The notes under the pieces: generated by a model
What the model was told of the DNA's origin: nothing
Databases searched by the model: none
The model's input: the letters and a program-made list of their open reading frames with translations, nothing else
Source of the DNA: Pseudomonadota bacterium
GTDB taxonomy: Bacteria > Bdellovibrionota_B > Oligoflexia > Silvanigrellales > Silvanigrellaceae
DNA: 64,000 nt
NCBI GenBank assembly: GCA_039799905.1
Contig: JBDLRP010000019.1
Span: 60,830 to 124,829 of the forward strand
Reading direction: 5' to 3'
Shown here: in pieces, positions 30,875 to 39,708 of the stretch
How positions within the stretch are numbered: the stretch's first letter is position 1
Layout: every line of letters begins with the position of its first letter
Program-made: the position numbers and the translations under genes

Positions 30875-31098
30875 AGATGCGACCTCGAAAAGTGTTCGGC
30901 CGTGCAAGTCCGGCAGCAAGAAAAATATGCCTGAGAAGAACGACGGACTCAAAGTTACCTTACCGTGACGGTCGTCAGCCGTGCCGATGCTCGTGCAATT
31001 TTTGCCGCAGTCCCGATGAATCATTTTTCAAATGTTCCGATGAGGTGCGGTGGCAGGAGAGGCGGATGATCCGCTAGTTCTGCAGAAGGCAGAGGAAC

Positions 31099-33372
31099 AT
31101 GAAGCGCTTGAATTTTAAAAATTCAACATACATTGTCGGGTTGCGCCGCGCGTTGGTGCAGTCGCTGGTGTCTGCGCGGCGTGGTCTTCTTTACTGTTTG
31201 CTTTTTTTGACACTGCTCTTGGGCGGAATATGGCCACACTCGCTTTTGGCACAGACAAGTGGTCGCGCAACACTGACGCAGACTCTTGATGCAAAGGTTG
31301 CCGAGGCTGAGCAGTTCCTTGAAGAACGTCTCAACAAGCGGTTGGAAGCCGTCACGGATCCGCCTTTCCTGACAACTGTCCGAGTCGATTTTCCCGTGAC
31401 AAAGCTCAATTCGCTGCGACAGTCGGCGGGTGGTAACGTGTCGAAACTCTCGCGCGGTGCTTTGTCAAAAGGGATCAGCAACGACGACGCGCTCATCAGC
31501 CTGCTCAATGCACTGACACCGCTGGAAATCCTCTCCAACGCGCAACGGGTTACAGTTGTTGTCACGTTGGACCAAACCTTTCCCAAGGATTCGGTTGCCG
31601 ATCTCAAAACAACCCTGCAGTCGTACCTGCGTCTGAATTCGAAGCGCGGCGACAAGCTCGACATCAATCAGAAGGACCTCACAGCCGGCCGTTCGAAGTC
31701 GAAGGTGGAGAGGGCCGAAAAGGAAAGTCAGCAATACAAGAGCCAGATTGACAATCTGCAGCGAGAGCTTGAGGCCATCCGCCGGCGCGAGGGTGATGCA
31801 CAGCGCGACGTGACCGAAGCACGTCGTAAAGAGCAGGACGCGCAGGCTCAATTGCGCGAGGCACAGCGTGCGACCGAAGATGCCAAGCAAAAGCAGCGCG
31901 AGGAGCAGGACAAAGCAGCAAAGGCGGAGGAAGAACGGCGCAAGCTTTCCGTTGAAATCGACGATCTTAAAAAGCAGATCACCGAGCTCACTGAAAAGAA
32001 TAAAGACATTGCTGAAGAGGCAAAAACGCCGATCGGGAGGTTCAAAAAGCTTGTCGCAGGTCTCGAATTGCCGTTGACGGTTGTACCGGCGGTGCTTATC
32101 GGGCTGATAGGAATTCTGGTGATCGTTTTGATTCAAACCTCGCGCGTCAAGTCGGCTAGCACCGACATGACACAGACAATGATCCAGGTTTCAGCAGCTG
32201 TGGCAAAAATCGGCGAATCGATTGTTCAGGCCGCCAAGGTACAGGGCAAGCAACAGGGCGATGCAATCAATGTATCCGCAGGCGGAGCTGCAGCCCTTCA
32301 ACAGAACATGCAATCATCCAACGATTCCACCTCCGAGGAGCTCATCGCTCTTGAGAAGGAAGCACAAAGCCTTCTCGCAGATATGAATCAAAGCCGGTAT
32401 CCGATGCTCAGTATTCTTAAAGACTGGCTTGCAGACAAGCGCGAGCGCACCAAGTTTGCAGGATTCTCGGAGGCTGTCGGGCCCAACGCCGCGCGCGAAA
32501 TCTTCAAAGTCTTTCCCAAGGAAGAGGTCGAGGCTCTTGGCAACGCATTGTATGAGCCACTGGCAAAGGCACAGGCTTATAAGGTGGTTCTCCAGCTCTA
32601 CCGGCTCGCCGGACGCGAAATCAGCCGCAAGCCGAGTTACTTTACAAATCTCGACCTCACATACCTCATTGGTGCCACCGACATCGAACTCAGCAACGCG
32701 TTGTCCGAAGCCGGCACTGTCGAGGCCGCGCGGTTGATGGTTCTGCTCACACCCGAGCGTTGTGCGCGCATCATTCCGGGCATCCGTAATCACGACAGCA
32801 TGGAATTGCTCGAGGCGATGCGGGAGTCGACCGGGATGAGCGAGGACGATGCCAAGGCTGCACTTGCCGACGTCAAGGGCAGAATGAACAACGACCGCGG
32901 CGGTGACTCCAAGTTCGACGTCACCAACCACCTCATGCTCATGCTCGATGCTCCCAATCCGGAGTTCAGAACGGCGGTCAGCCGTGTTCTGCGCGCCGAC
33001 AAGCAGCTCTCGCAGCAAGTGGGCTCGCGCGTTGTCACCATCGAGGAGGTTCTCCGCTTGGATGATGAAACACTTGCCGAGCTGCTCGCTGAACTCGAGC
33101 CTGCCGATGTTGCGACTCTGCTTGTGTCATTGCCAGAGGAGTTGAATGATCGCATCAATCAGTTCTTCACTTCAAACAAGATCCAGGCCGCCATCCGTCA
33201 GGAGCTCGACAAGTTCGAGCGCTCAAAGATGGCACGAAAGCGTGCGGAATTCGAAGGTCAAAAGATACAGGCTGCACTCATCCGTCAAGTCAAGGACATG
33301 CGCGAGCAGGGCCTGATTGAAATGGCGGATGATGGCGAGTCCGGCGGTGAAGAAGAGGCGGAGGCATCCTGA
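31099..33372 (+). CDS. FliF(RBM3)-like / FliG-like fusion protein (putative rotor)
   Basis: EQFLEERLNKRLE..VRVDF and RVTVVVTLD..NSKRGDKLDI resemble FliF RBM3; coiled coil; TM at 32068-32133. Then FliG-N-like VGPNAAREIFKVFPKEEVEAL, FliG-M-like AARLMVLLTPERCARII and FliG-C-like TIEEVLRLDDETL..QVKDMREQGLIEM. Confidence 0.75.
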   Translation: MKRLNFKNSTYIVGLRRALVQSLVSARRGLLYCLLFLTLLLGGIWPHSLLAQTSGRATLTQTLDAKVAEAEQFLEERLNKRLEAVTDPPFLTTVRVDFPVTKLNSLRQSAGGNVSKLSRGALSKGISNDDALISLLNALTPLEILSNAQRVTVVVTLDQTFPKDSVADLKTTLQSYLRLNSKRGDKLDINQKDLTAGRSKSKVERAEKESQQYKSQIDNLQRELEAIRRREGDAQRDVTEARRKEQDAQAQLREAQRATEDAKQKQREEQDKAAKAEEERRKLSVEIDDLKKQITELTEKNKDIAEEAKTPIGRFKKLVAGLELPLTVVPAVLIGLIGILVIVLIQTSRVKSASTDMTQTMIQVSAAVAKIGESIVQAAKVQGKQQGDAINVSAGGAAALQQNMQSSNDSTSEELIALEKEAQSLLADMNQSRYPMLSILKDWLADKRERTKFAGFSEAVGPNAAREIFKVFPKEEVEALGNALYEPLAKAQAYKVVLQLYRLAGREISRKPSYFTNLDLTYLIGATDIELSNALSEAGTVEAARLMVLLTPERCARIIPGIRNHDSMELLEAMRESTGMSEDDAKAALADVKGRMNNDRGGDSKFDVTNHLMLMLDAPNPEFRTAVSRVLRADKQLSQQVGSRVVTIEEVLRLDDETLAELLAELEPADVATLLVSLPEELNDRINQFFTSNKIQAAIRQELDKFERSKMARKRAEFEGQKIQAALIRQVKDMREQGLIEMADDGESGGEEEAEAS

Positions 33373-33411
33373 TATGAACGCCAGTCGCCAGTTGCTTGAG
33401 AAAGGGCAGTT

Positions 33412-34206
33412 ATGAATTCAACCGTCATAGGTTTCATTCTCGCGTGGGTGTTTTGTTTTTACATCATTCAGCACTCCGTCAAGGACCTGAAGGTGTTCAA
33501 CGACATTCCCGGATTTTTGTTGATCGTCGGTTGCACCGTGGCGATGTCGCTTATGGCCAACACATTAGAAGAAAATAAAAGAATTTTTAAAGCCATGACA
33601 GATGGCTTCAAGCGGCGGGTCGACAAAAAACAGGAAATTGTCACCGAGATTGTCACCGTTGCCAAAGTTACCAACGGTGATACGCGTATGCTGGAACAAC
33701 AATTGGGCAGCATTCAGCAGCCGTTCTTCAAAGAAGGCGTCGGTCTCATTTTGGACCGCTTCAAGCCCGATCAAATTGAATCGATCATGTCTGACCGTAT
33801 CGAAAGTCACAAACAATACCTTCACAAAAAAACACATGGCCTGAAAGCTTTGGCTAAGTATCCTCCGGCATTCGGAATCATTGCCTGTGTGGTGTCGCTG
33901 ATTGCGGTGATGCAGCGTCTGGGCGGCGAGCTCAAAGCAGGCGATCTAGGGCCGTCCATGGCGGTCGGGTTGGTGGGAACACTGATCGGACTGCTGGCAG
34001 CAAACTTCATCATCATGCCCTTGGGCGAGAACTCGGAGCATCGAGATAAAATCGAACTCAAGGAACGTGAAATTATTTTGCAGGGTGTGTTGATGCTCGC
34101 AAACAAGGAAACACCGCTCTTTGTGCAAGAAAAACTCAACTCCTATCTGAAGGAAGACAAACGAGTGGATGTGCTGGGAGTCGGCGGGGGTGGAAAAGCG
34201 GCATAA
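33412..34206 (+). CDS. motA: MotA/PomA-family stator A subunit
   Basis: Four hydrophobic segments; PFFKEGV, YPPAFGII and LGPSMAVGLVGTLIGLLAANFIIMPL motifs. Confidence 0.9.
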   Translation: MNSTVIGFILAWVFCFYIIQHSVKDLKVFNDIPGFLLIVGCTVAMSLMANTLEENKRIFKAMTDGFKRRVDKKQEIVTEIVTVAKVTNGDTRMLEQQLGSIQQPFFKEGVGLILDRFKPDQIESIMSDRIESHKQYLHKKTHGLKALAKYPPAFGIIACVVSLIAVMQRLGGELKAGDLGPSMAVGLVGTLIGLLAANFIIMPLGENSEHRDKIELKEREIILQGVLMLANKETPLFVQEKLNSYLKEDKRVDVLGVGGGGKAA

Positions 34207-34224
34207 GAATTGACGAGGTGATTT

Positions 34225-35190
34225 TTGGCGCGCGGCTTGTTCGATAACTCAAGAGATCCATCTTCGCCCGCAGACAGCGCGGCGGGGAAAACTCTTGACA
34301 AAAAAAAGCTGCCGCAGATGCCTCTTCCAAAAAGAAAGAGCAGTTCTGAAGACGAGGGCGGCGGTGGCGGCGGTCATGAAAGTGATGACACACTCTGGCT
34401 CTACAGCTTCAACGACATGCTTTTCAATTTGCTGCTTTTTTTTATCGTGATGTACTCAATTTCACAAGTCGACGAAAAGAAATTTGCGGAAGTTCAGCAG
34501 GCACTTCAAGGCGATAAAAAGCCGGCGCTGCTCAAAGACGATGACAAGGAAGGCGTTGTGGTCGGTCCACGCAACGGCGCGCTCGATGCCAAGCAGCTTG
34601 CCTCATCCGGTGGTGAGGCAGGCGGTGACAAAAGCGCCGAAATTGCCGCTGCAATCCGCTTTATGCTCGAGCGTTCGGAAAAATCAAAAGTCAAACTTGC
34701 CAAGGGTGCGGGCAAGGAAGATGAAAAGAAGGAAGAGAAAAACAACAAAAAGAGCAAATATATTTCGGGAACCAATATCCCGCTTCCGATGAAACTTGTT
34801 TTTCCCCACACCGAATTTTTTCAAAAAGGCACTGCCGATTTGAGCCCCGAGGGGGCTGAGAATCTCTCGCGCCTCGCAGAAGAAATTAAAGCAGTCGAGA
34901 AGCTCGGCCGCGCAGATATCGAGGTGCATACCGAATTTTCCCGCGATATGATTGCTAATCTTAAAGGGCAGTCGCAGCTCAGTACACTCAAAATCGCGAC
35001 ACTGCGCGCCGGTGTGATGTTCGAGTATTTTGTCAAAGGAGGAGTTCCGCACAAGAAGGTGGTGAGCGCCGGTTATGCCGACGGACGCCCTATTGTTCTC
35101 GGTGAGAATCTGACCCCACAGCAGCGCGCTGATTTTTCAGCCAGCAACGATCGTGTCATTGTTAGTCTGTTGACGGAGAAGGGGCCATGA
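34225..35190 (+). CDS. motB: MotB/PomB-family stator B subunit
   Basis: TM WLYSFNDMLFNLLLFFIVMYSIS with the conserved Asp (34414-34416); plug-like helix; divergent OmpA-like domain (IEVHTE, LRA, AGYADGRP). Confidence 0.88.
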   Translation: MARGLFDNSRDPSSPADSAAGKTLDKKKLPQMPLPKRKSSSEDEGGGGGGHESDDTLWLYSFNDMLFNLLLFFIVMYSISQVDEKKFAEVQQALQGDKKPALLKDDDKEGVVVGPRNGALDAKQLASSGGEAGGDKSAEIAAAIRFMLERSEKSKVKLAKGAGKEDEKKEEKNNKKSKYISGTNIPLPMKLVFPHTEFFQKGTADLSPEGAENLSRLAEEIKAVEKLGRADIEVHTEFSRDMIANLKGQSQLSTLKIATLRAGVMFEYFVKGGVPHKKVVSAGYADGRPIVLGENLTPQQRADFSASNDRVIVSLLTEKGP

Positions 35191-36122
35191 AGCTCTCATC
35201 CCTCGAACTCACCCAGTTTCAAAAAGTTCTTGGTGGACTGCTGTTTGGTCTGTTTGTCTTTTATTTCCTTGTCAGCCGCCGGCAGCAGGACAAGTGGGAT
35301 GTCCTCAAAAAAGGACTGGCCGAATCGTATGGTGAATCGGCATTCGCACCCACCGACAGCCCGGTCTATGCGCTCGATGTCGAGGGTGAGGCGCGCTACA
35401 AGAAGGCAGCATGGCTCAATTGGTGGCCGCTTAAAGCAGGCGTGGAGCTGCATCCGGGAGATCTCGTGTATGTTTCCGACGAAGCAAAGGTCGTTTTGTT
35501 TTTCCTCGATCAGGATTCACTCGTCACATTGCCTGAAGGGTCGCTCTTTCATGTCGGCCTGACGGTTCCGCAAATGTCCAAGCTGCGCACATCAGGTGGT
35601 GTGTCGGCGGAAGACGCCAAAGATCCTGAAAAGAAGATGAAGAACGACGCAACAGAGGCGCGTTTCTCGACACGAGTCATTCAGAACCCGACAATCAAGA
35701 AGGCAGGTGAGAGCGATGATGCGCCCGCAGCGCAAGCAGCCTTGCCCGTGAGCGACGAAGACCTCAAAATTGTCCGCAACACGCGGACAATGCCCATTCG
35801 CTATCCGGGGCCGTTCGTTGAGCTCTATGCAGATAAATTCCCCACATCGATTCCTGTGACCTTCGACCAACTCCCGCGCAACGGACAGCTCTGGGGCTAT
35901 CTGTGGAAGGGGAAAGAATTGGAGCCACAGTGGTCATCGGTCGGCACTGCCGGTTTTGCACGGGTGCCCATCGAGAAACCGGGGTTATTTGTTTTTCAGG
36001 CGATGTCCGACGACGAATTGTATGCCTCTCCTCCGATAGTCATCCGCGCAATCAAGCGCGACGAAGAAGACTATCTTCCCGAGGATGAGCGTTGGTTTGA
36101 GGGGGTAAGAATTTTTCAATGA
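35187..36122 (+). CDS. membrane-anchored FecR-like periplasmic protein
   Basis: N-terminal TM; VEGEARYK..W.PL..G..L..GD.V.V...AKVVL.F beta pattern; ATGA overlaps at both ends. Confidence 0.6.
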   Translation: MKLSSLELTQFQKVLGGLLFGLFVFYFLVSRRQQDKWDVLKKGLAESYGESAFAPTDSPVYALDVEGEARYKKAAWLNWWPLKAGVELHPGDLVYVSDEAKVVLFFLDQDSLVTLPEGSLFHVGLTVPQMSKLRTSGGVSAEDAKDPEKKMKNDATEARFSTRVIQNPTIKKAGESDDAPAAQAALPVSDEDLKIVRNTRTMPIRYPGPFVELYADKFPTSIPVTFDQLPRNGQLWGYLWKGKELEPQWSSVGTAGFARVPIEKPGLFVFQAMSDDELYASPPIVIRAIKRDEEDYLPEDERWFEGVRIFQ

Positions 36123-38374
36123 ATCTCCCACTCAACGGCAAAAATGAAAAATTGACGAACAAGGCGTTGTTCAAGATTTTCGACTTTCTGGCACTGTGGG
36201 AACGCAGCAGTCTGAAAAGCCGTTTGAGTTTCGTTCAAACGTTTATTCTGGTGGTGAGCATCGTTGCACTGCTTGTCACTGGAATTTCGCTCTACCGCAC
36301 CGACAAGCTCTCGTACGTCTATGAAAACCACTACCTCAAGACGAGCGCTGTTGCGACGCGTCTGAAATTGTATTTTTCCAATCTGCCTCGACAGGAAATT
36401 CTGACCGCCAATTCTGCCGACGAGTCGAAAATGGCGGCACGCTACGGTTTGCCGCAGATGCCGGCCGAAGATCAGGTTTTCGTGGGTCGTCTCAAAGACA
36501 AAGTATACGTCTTTGGGCGTCACGGGGGAGAAAAGTTCTGGCGCACCGAGCTCGACCCAAATGTGCGCCTCTTTGAGGGTATTGACGGCAAGAGCTATAT
36601 ATCAAACTCGTTTGGACAGTTCCTTTCGTCCTATGACCAGCGCGACGTGAACGCAGAGAATTTTTCGACCCGTCCGGGAACAAAAAAGTTCATCAAGAGC
36701 GGTTTGCGTGAGGGTTTCACGCGCTATACGGACGGTAAGTCTGAATGGATTATCTCGTTCCGCGAGATTCCCGGAACCAACGTCATCGTTTTCGTTGAAA
36801 CCTCGCTTGCATCGCTGAATGCGCCGATCCGAAAATTCGCCGGTCTGGCCGCAATTCTTGCTTTGTGTTTGGTCGGCATGGTCATTCTCGTCACCGACTT
36901 CCTTCTGCTTGGCCTGTTGCGTCCGCTGCGCGAAATCGTCAATGCGATGTTCAAGGTGTCTGCGGGTCACTACGACATCACCTTCAACGTCAAATTCGAC
37001 GAAGAGCTCAACTTCGTTGCGCGCGGACTCCAGCAAATGGCCAAGCGACTGCAGATCCGCGAGGGAGAGCTCAAGCAGATCAGCGCCAACCTCGAATTCA
37101 ACCACAAAGTTTCCAAAGATATGACTTTGGCATCCAAACGCGAGGACTGCATCCGTCTTTTTATCCGTGAAATCCGCCAATATGTGCGATTCCGCACGAA
37201 CATGGATGCCATCGTCCTTGTTTTCGACAACAAGACCGGCGAATGCAAGGGTGCCGCTGACTATGTCACAAGCGGAGTCGTGGTTCCGGAAATCAAAGTC
37301 GTTCCAGCCGAAGAAGCTGGCATCGATCTTGATGCGTTAAATCAAGACAAAGAATCAGCCTCCATGGTCGATCACACAGTCGTCTTCCGGATTTTTGCCG
37401 GCGGCAAGCCGAAGCTGTTTTTGTTGCTTGACGGTTTTCCCGAAGAGACGCTTACCCCGACCGAGCGCCACCTGATGACGCTCCTGTCGGCATCGCTCGA
37501 ACACGCCTTGGTGATGGTCGACTTTCAGGAAGAGCAATTGCAGAACGCTCACTTCGAAAACGAACTTCTCACCGCGCAGGCCGTTCAGGAAGCCCTTCTT
37601 CCTTCCGGCCGTCCGGTGATGAATGCAGAACTCGACTACTACTACGAAGCTGCGACGCGCTGCGGTGGTGACTGGCTGTTTTTTGAAAAGACTGACGAAT
37701 CACCATGGCTGCACGGATTGGTTGGTGACGTGACGGGCCACGGTGTACCCGCTGCGATCATGACGGGAGTTGCCTATGGCTCTTTCATGGGAGCGCAAAC
37801 GGTGATGGACATCGTCAAAGCAGGCGAAACCATGGGCGAGACGGAGCGTCTCGAGTTCATGGCCTCAATTCTTAACCGCGCGATCATGAGTGTGGGTAAA
37901 TCGGCGCGGTTGATGACCATGTGTCTTGTTTCGCTCAACACCGAAACGGGCGAGTTGTACTACGCCAGTGCGGGTCACACTCCCTTGCTTTGGTATAAGA
38001 GCAAAGCGAAAAAGATTTCGCCGCAGACATCTACAGGTAACCCGTTGGGAGTCTCGCTCGATCGCAGCATTACGGTGAAAAAATTGCAGCTGGAGGAGGG
38101 CGATTTGTTCGCCATGTACACCGACGGTCTGCTCGAGAACCATGGCCCCAAGAATGAAATGATGAGCAAGCGCCGTTTCTACGATCTACTCTCCTCGGGC
38201 CGGCCAGTGACAGAAATCCGCGAGCAGATCATGACCGAGGCCAAGGGGCTGTGGGGTGAGGAAGAATATGCCGACGACGTGACAATGATGATTGTGCGTT
38301 GGCCAGCCTCCGAGGTTGTCGATACGGCATTCGACAAGACTCCCGCAGCTGAATCTGCCTTGATGGCTGGTTAG
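36119..38374 (+). CDS. membrane sensor with Cache-like, HAMP and PP2C/SpoIIE phosphatase domains
   Basis: Two TMs; HAMP; AQAVQEALLP, GGDW, GDVTGHG, ASAGH, YTDGL and DDVT motifs. Confidence 0.92.
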   Translation: MNLPLNGKNEKLTNKALFKIFDFLALWERSSLKSRLSFVQTFILVVSIVALLVTGISLYRTDKLSYVYENHYLKTSAVATRLKLYFSNLPRQEILTANSADESKMAARYGLPQMPAEDQVFVGRLKDKVYVFGRHGGEKFWRTELDPNVRLFEGIDGKSYISNSFGQFLSSYDQRDVNAENFSTRPGTKKFIKSGLREGFTRYTDGKSEWIISFREIPGTNVIVFVETSLASLNAPIRKFAGLAAILALCLVGMVILVTDFLLLGLLRPLREIVNAMFKVSAGHYDITFNVKFDEELNFVARGLQQMAKRLQIREGELKQISANLEFNHKVSKDMTLASKREDCIRLFIREIRQYVRFRTNMDAIVLVFDNKTGECKGAADYVTSGVVVPEIKVVPAEEAGIDLDALNQDKESASMVDHTVVFRIFAGGKPKLFLLLDGFPEETLTPTERHLMTLLSASLEHALVMVDFQEEQLQNAHFENELLTAQAVQEALLPSGRPVMNAELDYYYEAATRCGGDWLFFEKTDESPWLHGLVGDVTGHGVPAAIMTGVAYGSFMGAQTVMDIVKAGETMGETERLEFMASILNRAIMSVGKSARLMTMCLVSLNTETGELYYASAGHTPLLWYKSKAKKISPQTSTGNPLGVSLDRSITVKKLQLEEGDLFAMYTDGLLENHGPKNEMMSKRRFYDLLSSGRPVTEIREQIMTEAKGLWGEEEYADDVTMMIVRWPASEVVDTAFDKTPAAESALMAG

Positions 38375-38448
38375 TGCCTGAGTACTGACGAGTAAAATCT
38401 TCCCGCCAAGCCGACGTGGCCTGCGTGTTAGCCTCTCTATAACGGAGG

Positions 38449-39579
38449 TTGACAGTGCATCGCGGCCGTTTTCTTAAAAAATCATATAAACAAAGCGTCC
38501 GGCATGCTGTGGCTCTTTTTACACTCGTTCCGCTTTTTTCATGCAAACAGCGCACATTCAACTTCTCTGATGACGTGGACATTTCTCCGGTCGGAGTTGT
38601 CGCATTCGATCGCGAAGAGATGCTCAGAAAGCACCGTTTTGACAGGATGACTCCGAGCGGTGAAAAAATCTTCGCCGCAGCCTCGCGTTGGGCCGCTGAA
38701 CAGGAGAGTCAGGCCAGTCAGTTCGCCAGACCCGAGCAATCGGCAAACAACATCTCGCGCGTGCTCGAAATGGCCGGCATAACTGCATACAGTTCACCGC
38801 TGTTAAGCGATGTCGTAGGGCAGGTACGCGCTCGCGGCGGCTGGATCATTCCGCTGCCCAGAGACGCACGCACCAGCGCGCAAATTATCGAGTCTTATTT
38901 TGCGGGCAGTGTGCCTGTCGGCACGCTCGTGAGCGGATGCCTGAATCCCGATTGTTCGGGTGGTGCCTCTTCAGTCCATATGGGTATCGTCGCGGATGTC
39001 GACAGCAACGATGAACTTCAGTTGATGCACAACAATTGGCACAGACCAGAGAACCGTCCGTGGCGCCCGCACATGATTCCACTCGCGTGGTTCAGGCAGG
39101 GTTTTACCAGCAAGTGGATGTCGACACCTTGGATGGCCCGCAAGCGCGACGAGCAGGGTACGTTGACTTCAGTTTCTGCCGCAATCAGTGATATTCCTAT
39201 CTTTGATCCGGAGAATTCATCCGTCACCTTGGCGGTCATTCCCGAAATTCTCGCTGAAATGAAAAATTCGCAGTCGGTCGTGACCGATGGTGCGGGAGCT
39301 ATCATGCCGCTCCGCTCAGCCCGTGCCTTTGCGCAGGCCGCTCCGCCGGCCGATTTGGTTAAGTTTGCCGAATGTAAAAAATTAAAAATGATCTCGTCAG
39401 TTCCTGCTAATTTGCGCGACGCTCCCAAGGGCGGTGTTGTGTGCAAGATCGCACTCGGGACACAGGTTGAACGCGTGAACGCGGCAGGAAGCTGGACTCA
39501 GGTGAGGGGAGTCTGCACAGACGGACGTCCGGAATCCGGATTCGTTTTGTCCTCGCTGACAATGCCTTCCTGCGAATGA
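38449..39579 (+). CDS. lipoprotein with papain/NlpC-P60-like amidase fold (Ser at the expected Cys) and C-terminal SH3b-like domain
   Basis: LFSC lipobox; EQSANNISRVL..AG; VGTLV..HMGIV; ANLRDAP..GTQV..GSWTQV..GFV. Confidence 0.55.
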   Translation: MTVHRGRFLKKSYKQSVRHAVALFTLVPLFSCKQRTFNFSDDVDISPVGVVAFDREEMLRKHRFDRMTPSGEKIFAAASRWAAEQESQASQFARPEQSANNISRVLEMAGITAYSSPLLSDVVGQVRARGGWIIPLPRDARTSAQIIESYFAGSVPVGTLVSGCLNPDCSGGASSVHMGIVADVDSNDELQLMHNNWHRPENRPWRPHMIPLAWFRQGFTSKWMSTPWMARKRDEQGTLTSVSAAISDIPIFDPENSSVTLAVIPEILAEMKNSQSVVTDGAGAIMPLRSARAFAQAAPPADLVKFAECKKLKMISSVPANLRDAPKGGVVCKIALGTQVERVNAAGSWTQVRGVCTDGRPESGFVLSSLTMPSCE

Positions 39580-39612
39580 TTTGCAGTGTGTCAATTGTTC
39601 CTTTGCAGCAGC

Positions 39613-39639
39613 TTAACTGTTGAGTCTGCGCGCCGAACA
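39613..39639 (+). promoter_or_regulatory. sigma-28-like promoter TTAA-N15-GCCGAACA
   Basis: Consensus-like elements with exact spacer in the intergenic region. Confidence 0.55.
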
Positions 39640-39708
39640 GTAGACGTCTTAGTATGAATGCTTCGCTTCGATTCGATTTGAGTCATTTGCCAGACGAGGG
39701 GTATCGCC

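Noticed and set aside
33412..35190. Zorya (ZorAB) anti-phage system or ExbBD/TolQR
   Set aside because: The A subunit is 264 aa with a MotA-type layout and no long ZorA tail. No ZorC/D/E or TonB/TolA gene is present, and a FliG-like partner is adjacent.
31099..35190. Ordinary flagellar operon or decayed flagellar pseudogenes
   Set aside because: No other flagellar structural genes are in the window. The ORFs are intact with key residues, and the fusion has a coherent architecture with no frameshift scar.
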